Source: Thermodesulfobacteriota bacterium (GTDB lineage: Bacteria; Desulfobacterota; Desulfobacteria; Desulfobacterales; SURF-7). Taken from it: 13,213 bases of DNA. The notes below the pieces were generated by a model. That model was not told where the DNA came from, did no database searches, and saw only the letters and a list, made by a program, of their open reading frames with translations. The position numbers and the translations under genes are program-made. The stretch is from positions 1-13,213 of the forward strand of contig JBMORA010000040.1 of the NCBI GenBank assembly GCA_049320885.1, written 5' to 3'. Shown here one piece after another: positions 8,801 through 13,213 of this stretch. The first letter of the stretch is position 1. The number at the start of each line of letters is the position of its first letter.

Positions 8801-9250
8801 GGCACCGGCCAGTTCGTCAACGATTCCATGACCAGCACCCAGTACGCCCGTTCCTCCACCACCACGTTCCAATCCGCCGACGGCTATGGGGCCGGCGATC
8901 TCCAGGGGGTGGACGTGGATGTGGACGGGGTCATGACCGGGATTTACTCCAACGGTCAGTTGATCCCCCTGTACCGGGTGGCCCTGGCCAAATTCCTGAA
9001 CACCAACGGTCTGCTGAAAGTGGGCGGCAATCTGTTCCGGGAAACCCGCGACAGCGGGACGGCCATCACCAACCGGCCGGGCACCAACGGACTCGGCAGT
9101 ATCGCGCCCAACTCCCTGGAACAGTCCAACGTGGACATCGCCACCGAGTTCGTGAACATGATCACGACCCAGCGGGCGTTCCAGGCCAACTCCAAGATCG
9201 TGACCACCGTGGACACATTACTGGGGGAAGTCATCAACCTGAAACGATAG
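5873..9250 (+). CDS. flgE: Flagellar hook protein FlgE, giant form (1125 aa) with a ~660-aa repeat insert
   Basis: N-terminal 'SGISG...VIGDNIANVNTTGFK', 'TGNTTDLAIGGEGFF', 'YTRAGNFRFDKEG.L.NPEGY', D2-type 'VYDSLGSTH', and C-terminal 'ADGY..G.L', 'YSNGQ', 'LEQSNVDIATEFVNMITTQRAFQANSK'. RBS AAGGGAG lies upstream. It follows flgD. Confidence 0.95.
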   Translation: MSLTSSLYSGISGMTNLGNAMQVIGDNIANVNTTGFKGSRYVFQDLLSQSIATQAGTAQVGRGMALGDVSAVFQQGSFESTGNTTDLAIGGEGFFVLREDASEQLFYTRAGNFRFDKEGVLTNPEGYVAQGWKLDDNGDDIGSVTDIMLMSFTSPPTMSEHMTIITNLNSNATSLTSVLPNSWDATATTPIDTSNYHYQTVVKVYDSLGSTHDVTVYYDKKSGSEWEYMITCNPAEDKRNLVQDTAGAGLLARGTITFSDSSGTISDMTMERFTGRIGNVITSGAINAENTTFTINNYDALPLDGYSFSLEFDGTSWSFEDTAPPAGVITAADLPDNYPSASIISGDANTIRLNLDGDADRTVDLTITFANPAQATDSLQFDINNPNNIHIQNVVNSRYIGDTANDNTTLEIQNPNVLTIDSTDLRINWDASAEEWYWSMPMLQNITNIDTGNLTPAALIAVENVTNPEVMTSFSENVNLWYDVTAGEWNFVSPFARELSNLSYSGGINQGNTTSVISDPAVLTERVEDLRLYWDNIVGVTNLGFSNASGTGVITAANTTMTVTQEENMVRDSSIVYTLEYNGALDTWNYVAGADPVVDYAGRVAPAWNTATNTLSLDLTGDGEDIRFAFAANPTPAQNGDRVSFRIDADGTWYWGMPSITGPTYGGGISGNNTMMDIADVLSGGGPLTDSSVTYNLVFTSATNTWSWGANSPSGSGDYAADAFITNDENQVSIDLDGDGTAEISYTFMTPLTADGTLDFGIDAWGAPPAQYAGANIMSTSGPDVLSLDMTGNGSADVTFTFQSPLSSDGSILFDIDTFVPPFEYPDAAIDPALSNANAVYLDLNGDGVNDVDFSFEDAGGTPQALTANGVFEFDVDPRVPPTEYPYATLSGDRESVSIDMNNDDEDDITFTFLTPLPTGINVNDSAITFDIEGSTAWTEVDTNTSGYFEFLADFLGGEEGATQMNIEFDIGTRDDGTGQFVNDSMTSTQYARSSTTTFQSADGYGAGDLQGVDVDVDGVMTGIYSNGQLIPLYRVALAKFLNTNGLLKVGGNLFRETRDSGTAITNRPGTNGLGSIAPNSLEQSNVDIATEFVNMITTQRAFQANSKIVTTVDTLLGEVINLKR
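6701..8671 (+). repeat. Six degenerate protein-level repeats in flgE, split into A halves (G.I...NTT...L.[WYF]...W.[WFY]) and B halves (Y..A...[LI]D[LM].G[DN]G...F.F...F.ID)
   Basis: A halves: 6701-6829, 7043-7195, 7196-7354, 7355-7477 plus 7817-7846, 7478-7642, 7847-7996. B halves: 6884-7024, 7670-7816, 8027-8161, 8174-8323, 8333-8503, 8513-8671. Aligned by eye from the translation; boundaries are approximate. Confidence 0.8.
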
Positions 9251-9278
9251 ACCTGAAATATCCGGAGGGAAGATATTC

Positions 9279-9317
9279 CAAAGGGCGGCCCCGGTGGTGA
9301 GGCCGTCCTTTGTATTT
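9279..9317 (+). terminator. Probable intrinsic terminator after flgE, possibly bidirectional
   Basis: CAAAGGGCGGCC (9279-9290) pairs with GGCCGTCCTTTG (9301-9312): 12 bp with one G.U pair, a 10-nt loop, and a T-rich tail. It sits between convergent stop codons. Confidence 0.65.
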
Positions 9318-9338
9318 CCGGCGCCGCCGCCATTGGGA

Positions 9339-9989
9339 TCAGGGAAAGCGGAAAATGGCTGAATTGGCGGTGAAGCGCCATTTCAGGCCGATACCGAGCT
9401 TGACGATATCTTCCAGCTCGACGGCGTCTTGATTGTTTTCCCAGGAATTCAGGTCTTCCTTCAGGGCGGTGAACTCGGCGTATATTTCAATGTTCCGCCA
9501 GGTCGCGGAACAGCCGACATAGGGCGCGAATGCATACTGGTTCGGGGGATAATACCCTTTGGGATACCGGTCCGGTTGCAGGGTGAAGAGATCGCCGTCG
9601 AAGCAGTAAATCAAGGAACAGCCGAGATAAAGCGATATCCGGCTGTTATCGAAAACCCGTATGGAAACGGGTTTGATCATGTTTTTCCAGGCCAGCTGAT
9701 GGATATTCTCCCCGCCGATGCCGGAGGGTGTAAAACCGTACATCAGGGCCGTATCCCAGCACCCCCACAGGACATAGCCGCCGCCGATGGTCATGGCGCC
9801 GACATACCCGCCGATTTCCGTTTCCAGAAAATCCGGTTTCAGCGCCTGGAGCCAGCGGTGGCCGGTTTCTTCGGCGGATTTCTCCACAACAAGGGGTTGG
9901 TTGCCGGTTTCCCCTGCGGCGGCGGCCGGGTCCATGGCCAGAAAGCACCACAGGAGCAGGAGGAATATCGAGTTTCCCGCGGGTTTCAT
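9339..9989 (-). CDS. Exported hypothetical protein (~216 aa), possible small outer-membrane beta-barrel
   Basis: ATG at 9989 overlaps the upstream stop (TGATG), so it is preferred over the ORF-track start at 10094. It has a signal-peptide-like 'IFLLLLWCFLAMDPAAAA', Gly/aromatic amphipathic strands, 'PDRYPKGYY' and near-terminal 'KLGIGLKWRF'. Confidence 0.65.
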   Translation of the reverse strand: MKPAGNSIFLLLLWCFLAMDPAAAAGETGNQPLVVEKSAEETGHRWLQALKPDFLETEIGGYVGAMTIGGGYVLWGCWDTALMYGFTPSGIGGENIHQLAWKNMIKPVSIRVFDNSRISLYLGCSLIYCFDGDLFTLQPDRYPKGYYPPNQYAFAPYVGCSATWRNIEIYAEFTALKEDLNSWENNQDAVELEDIVKLGIGLKWRFTANSAIFRFP

Positions 9990-10822
9990 CAGGGTACGGC
10001 CAGGCAACCGGATTCGTCGCATCGTCGGTAGTCGAAAAAGACATTGGTAATGGTGATCACATCGAATGTCCGGTTGCTGATGGATTTTGTGCAATAATAG
10101 CGAACGCCGTTTTGTTGATACCGCCAGCCGTCGTGCTCATGTCCGTGCAGTGACAGCAGGACGCCGCCATCCTCGAGAATCGCCCGCCAGTAGTCCGCTG
10201 TCGCCCCATCGAACACGTCATTCTCCTTGGGGGGGACATGGGCGATCTGGATTACATGATTCAAACCGGAGGTATCCGCCAATTCCGATTGCAGCCAGTC
10301 AAAATCAGGCGCCTCTCCCGGAAATTCGAGGGCATTGGAATTCAAGACGATGAATTTGCATTTTTCATATACGAAACTGAAATCGAATTCGCCGTACATT
10401 CTCCGGTAGATGTCCTTGCCGTTGCACAGGGTGTCATGATTGCCGATGACGACAATATAGGGGAACCGAAGGCCCTGCATAATGCTGTGAAACAGGCTGA
10501 ATTCGGTTTTCATCCCCATGTCCGTTACATCGCCGCAGACCACGACAAAACGGATATCATTCCGGTTGTTCAGGGCCTCCACCGCTTTGCGGAGGGCTTC
10601 GTAATCGTTATGGATGTCCGAAATCAGCGCGAATTGGAAGGTTTGGCCCGATCCGGTATCGGACAATTCCAGGGCGGCCAGGTTTCTGGCGTTCAAGCCC
10701 TGGATATCCGAATCAACCCCGGACTCATAGGGACTGAAGCCGAAATCGATATCACAGGCGGCAATAAAGCAAAAGATGAGCAATGCCCACCAGGCGGATG
10801 AATGAAAAATACCGTGTCTCAT
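9989..10822 (-). CDS. Calcineurin-like (Icc/CpdA-type) metallophosphoesterase, predicted lipoprotein (277 aa)
   Basis: All five metal-binding motifs are present: 'SDIH', 'GDVTD', 'GNHD', 'AHVPP' and 'HGHEH'. The N-terminal hydrophobic segment ends in a lipobox-like IAA-C23. Confidence 0.9.
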   Translation of the reverse strand: MRHGIFHSSAWWALLIFCFIAACDIDFGFSPYESGVDSDIQGLNARNLAALELSDTGSGQTFQFALISDIHNDYEALRKAVEALNNRNDIRFVVVCGDVTDMGMKTEFSLFHSIMQGLRFPYIVVIGNHDTLCNGKDIYRRMYGEFDFSFVYEKCKFIVLNSNALEFPGEAPDFDWLQSELADTSGLNHVIQIAHVPPKENDVFDGATADYWRAILEDGGVLLSLHGHEHDGWRYQQNGVRYYCTKSISNRTFDVITITNVFFDYRRCDESGCLAVP

Positions 10823-10857
10823 ATGGCACTGTCCACGACTCTAAAAAAACCAGTAAT

Positions 10858-10886
10858 TGAATAGGTCCTATCTCCTGAACTGTCAA
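10858..10886 (-). promoter_or_regulatory. Possible sigma-70 promoter for the phosphoesterase gene pair
   Basis: Perfect TTGACA (10886-10881), 17-nt spacer and a weak -10 TATTCA (10863-10858), about 35 nt upstream of the ATG at 10822. Confidence 0.4.
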
Positions 10887-10889
10887 TGA

Positions 10890-11984
10890 TTAAATGACGG
10901 CGCGGACGGGAGGATCGAAGGCCACCCGGTTTTTCCCGGAGGCCTTGGCGTGGTAGAGGGCTTTGTCGGCCCGCCTGATGGTTTCCGCAACCGATTCTCC
11001 AAACCGGTGTTCCGCGACCCCCAGCGAGATGGTGACTTGCAGGGGATCGGGGCGGCAAGCAAAAACCAGCTGCTCGACAAGGGATCGGACGCGTTCGGCG
11101 CAGATGCCGGCGTCATCGCTGCCCGCATTGGGGAGCACCAGGATGAATTCCTCCCCGCCGTATCGGGCGATGCAATCAACGGTCCGAAGGGATTGCTGTA
11201 CGGCCTGGGCCACGGTCCGGAGAACCAGATCGCCTGTCTCATGGCCGCGGGTGTCGTTGATCTGTTTGAAATCGTCCAGGTCGAAAATGCAAATGGAAAA
11301 AGAGTGGTTTCCCCTGTCTGCCAGGGCTTTTTCACGGTCCAGGATGGTATACAACTGCCGGCGATTGAACACCCCGGTCAGATCGTCATGGATGGCGAGC
11401 TGTTCGATCCTGGCCATGGCCTTGGCCACTTTGTTCCGCAAATTCGTGATATACCCGCCCACCAGAGAAAACCAGGTCAGCACCAGGGAAAGCACGATGA
11501 CATTCAAGACCTCGGCTTTCGGATTCACCAGTTCCGGATGCCGGAGGTACAACAGATACAGTACGAGGCAGTAACTGATGACGGCCATTCCCGCAAGGGT
11601 GATGAACTGACGCATCCGCAATTTGAAGAAGCCGAATACGAACACGACCAGATACAGCAGCAGCAAAGCCCCCCGGCTTTCATCCGCGTAGTAGACGAAC
11701 AGCATGGCCCAGACCGAGGCCACGACCATTTGTATCAGGGTCAGGCTTGGATCTTTCAGATGCCGGTTATAACCGCTGCGGATAAAGAGCAGAAGGCCCA
11801 GATTATACACCGTCATGATGGCGAAAAGCACCAGGATGGCGCCGAAGGGGATTCTGGTGAGCGCCCCCCGGCTGTAGAAATACAAGGCGATCCCCATCCA
11901 CATGAGATAGGAACCCGCAGCCATCAACGCGCGCCTGAACCGCAGTTTCTGTTGCTGATCCATCTGGGGGAATGCCGGAACCAT
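10890..11984 (-). CDS. Membrane-bound diguanylate cyclase (about 6 TM helices plus GGDEF domain)
   Basis: 'HDDLTGVFNRR', 'FDLDDFKQINDTRGHETGD', active site RYGGEEF (GGEEF at 11159-11145), intact I-site RTVD five residues upstream, and 'RADKALYHAKASGKNR'. The N-terminus is hydrophobic and multi-TM. ATG 11984 (after AAGG) is chosen over TTG 12035; ATG 11963 is also possible. Confidence 0.93.
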   Translation of the reverse strand: MVPAFPQMDQQQKLRFRRALMAAGSYLMWMGIALYFYSRGALTRIPFGAILVLFAIMTVYNLGLLLFIRSGYNRHLKDPSLTLIQMVVASVWAMLFVYYADESRGALLLLYLVVFVFGFFKLRMRQFITLAGMAVISYCLVLYLLYLRHPELVNPKAEVLNVIVLSLVLTWFSLVGGYITNLRNKVAKAMARIEQLAIHDDLTGVFNRRQLYTILDREKALADRGNHSFSICIFDLDDFKQINDTRGHETGDLVLRTVAQAVQQSLRTVDCIARYGGEEFILVLPNAGSDDAGICAERVRSLVEQLVFACRPDPLQVTISLGVAEHRFGESVAETIRRADKALYHAKASGKNRVAFDPPVRAVI

Positions 11985-12089
11985 CGCCGCGACCTTGTTG
12001 GGGGAGGAAAATCGTTTTTTGATATCATAGCACAAGGCCGGGTATCAGGTGAACAAGATTTTCCCGGGGATTTTTTTCTATGCAGGGGG

Positions 12090-12175
12090 GTGGCACACTT
12101 GTCTCCGGCCTCTCCTTCCTGTTTCCGGGGGGAAAGGGCGTTGGGGGGGCGCCCATGGAGACAAGTGTGCGCCAC
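12090..12175. repeat. Inverted repeat forming a branched hairpin (REP/REPIN-like or structured leader)
   Basis: Perfect 14-bp inverted repeat GCACACTTGTCTCC (12093-12106) / GGAGACAAGTGTGC (12157-12170), extended by GTG/CAC across a 2-nt bulge. It encloses two small hairpins, TTTCC-N4-GGAAA (12122-12135) and GGGCG-N9-CGCCC (12136-12154). Confidence 0.7.
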
Positions 12176-12264
12176 GGCCGGCCGCACCAGGGCATGAGAA
12201 AGGGGCGTTACGAAGTGCAGCCGTGTCGGCCGTGATGATCGCAACAGATCACGACGACGGGTAA

Positions 12265-12281
12265 AGCAACGGCCATGCCAA
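12265..12281 (-). promoter_or_regulatory. Sigma-54 (-24/-12) promoter oriented toward the diguanylate cyclase gene
   Basis: Minus strand TTGGCATGGCCGTTGCT has exact GG-N10-GC spacing, is intergenic, and points toward the cyclase. Confidence 0.72.
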
Positions 12282-12362
12282 GAAAATTAGACTGAATTTG
12301 TTGGAAAATCCGCAACTGATGGCCTGGGGCGGATTTCCCGGTTACCATAACGTCGCAATCGA

Positions 12363-13213
12363 TTACGGTTTTTGCTCACCAGCGGATTTGCGGATTTCCA
12401 CCTTGCCTTCCAGGAACTCCTTTACGGCGCCGATGGGAACTTCCCGCCGGTGGAAAATGCCGGCCGCCAGGGCCGATTCCGCCCCGGTCCTGGTGAAGAC
12501 CTCATGAAAATGCTCCACGCAGCCGGCGCCGCTGGAGGCGATCACCGGGATGGAGACCGCTGAACTGACGGCGTTGATCAGTTCGATATCAAAACCGGAA
12601 TTGGTGCCGTCCCGATCGATGCAGTTCAACAGAATTTCGCCGGCTCCCAGCTGTTCGCACACCCGGGCCAGGGTTACGGCGTCCACGTCACGGCCTTCCC
12701 GTCCCCCCTTGATGGTGCACTGATACCAGCAATATTTTTCTCCATCAGGGCCTGAAACAGCGGTCCGGATGACCGGATGGCGGACGGCGTCCGGTGAATC
12801 CACATACACCCGCCGGGGATCGATGGAGATCACCACCGCCTGGTTGCCGTAAACACGGGAAATTTCTTCGATGGCGCTGTGTCCGGTGGCCTTTCCGGTC
12901 TTGAGATGGGCTTCCACAATGGACACCGCGTCGCTGCCGATGGAGATCTTGTCCGCACCGGAACGGAAATATTCAGAGGCCACTTCCAGGGCCGTATAGG
13001 CGCGACCGCTTTCATCTGTATAATCCCGGATCCCGCCACCGATGGTCAGCGGAACAAAGACATTTTTGGAGGTCTGCTCCAGCACTTTTAGCATGGGCAT
13101 GTCCTCCAGGGGAAAATCCCGGAAACCGGTGATGTTCAGGAAGGTGATTTCATCCGCCCCTTCCGTATAATATCGATGGGCCAGCTCAACGGGTTTTCCC
13201 AGATTGCGCACGG
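12363..13213 (-). CDS. hisF: Imidazole glycerol phosphate synthase cyclase domain (His7/plant-type HisF), 5' end outside window
   Basis: '[22 protein letters not shown]', '[12 protein letters not shown]', '[12 protein letters not shown]', '[20 protein letters not shown]', 'PVIASSGAG' and 'ALAAGIFHR'. Confidence 0.95.
   Translation of the reverse strand, partial: VRNLGKPVELAHRYYTEGADEITFLNITGFRDFPLEDMPMLKVLEQTSKNVFVPLTIGGGIRDYTDESGRAYTALEVASEYFRSGADKISIGSDAVSIVEAHLKTGKATGHSAIEEISRVYGNQAVVISIDPRRVYVDSPDAVRHPVIRTAVSGPDGEKYCWYQCTIKGGREGRDVDAVTLARVCEQLGAGEILLNCIDRDGTNSGFDIELINAVSSAVSIPVIASSGAGCVEHFHEVFTRTGAESALAAGIFHRREVPIGAVKEFLEGKVEIRKSAGEQKP

Noticed and set aside
9989..11984. Cyclase plus phosphoesterase as a c-di-GMP synthesis/degradation pair
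   Set aside because: The phosphoesterase is a predicted exported lipoprotein without EAL or HD-GYP motifs and seems to have its own promoter, so it would not meet cytoplasmic c-di-GMP.
1..13213. CRISPR arrays, tRNA/rRNA genes, IS elements, frameshifted pseudogenes
   Set aside because: No regularly spaced direct repeats, cloverleaf or rRNA-like sequence, transposase ORF or broken reading frame was seen.

Overview
Moderately GC-rich bacterial window, probably Desulfobacterota/deltaproteobacterial (inferred from gene style and a His7-type hisF; not verifiable here). The + strand (1-9250) carries part of a flagellar cluster: fliH (5' truncated), fliI, fliJ, a MotE/YlxF/FlbB-like gene, a 367-bp gap with a sigma-54 promoter, then fliK, flgD and flgE. 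The - strand carries four convergent genes: hisF (5' truncated), a membrane GGDEF diguanylate cyclase, a lipoprotein metallophosphoesterase and an exported hypothetical protein. The main novelty is a giant 1125-aa FlgE hook protein. Its ~660-aa acidic, lysine-free insert is built from six copies of an unrecognised two-part domain carrying Dx[DN]xDG-like motifs, and the half-repeats are ordered as nested ('Russian-doll') insertions rather than a tandem array. Secondary leads are a GGA-dense antisense tract upstream of fliK (candidate CsrA-sponge RNA), near-identical sigma-54 promoters for fliK and the cyclase, and a REPIN-like branched hairpin in the cyclase leader.
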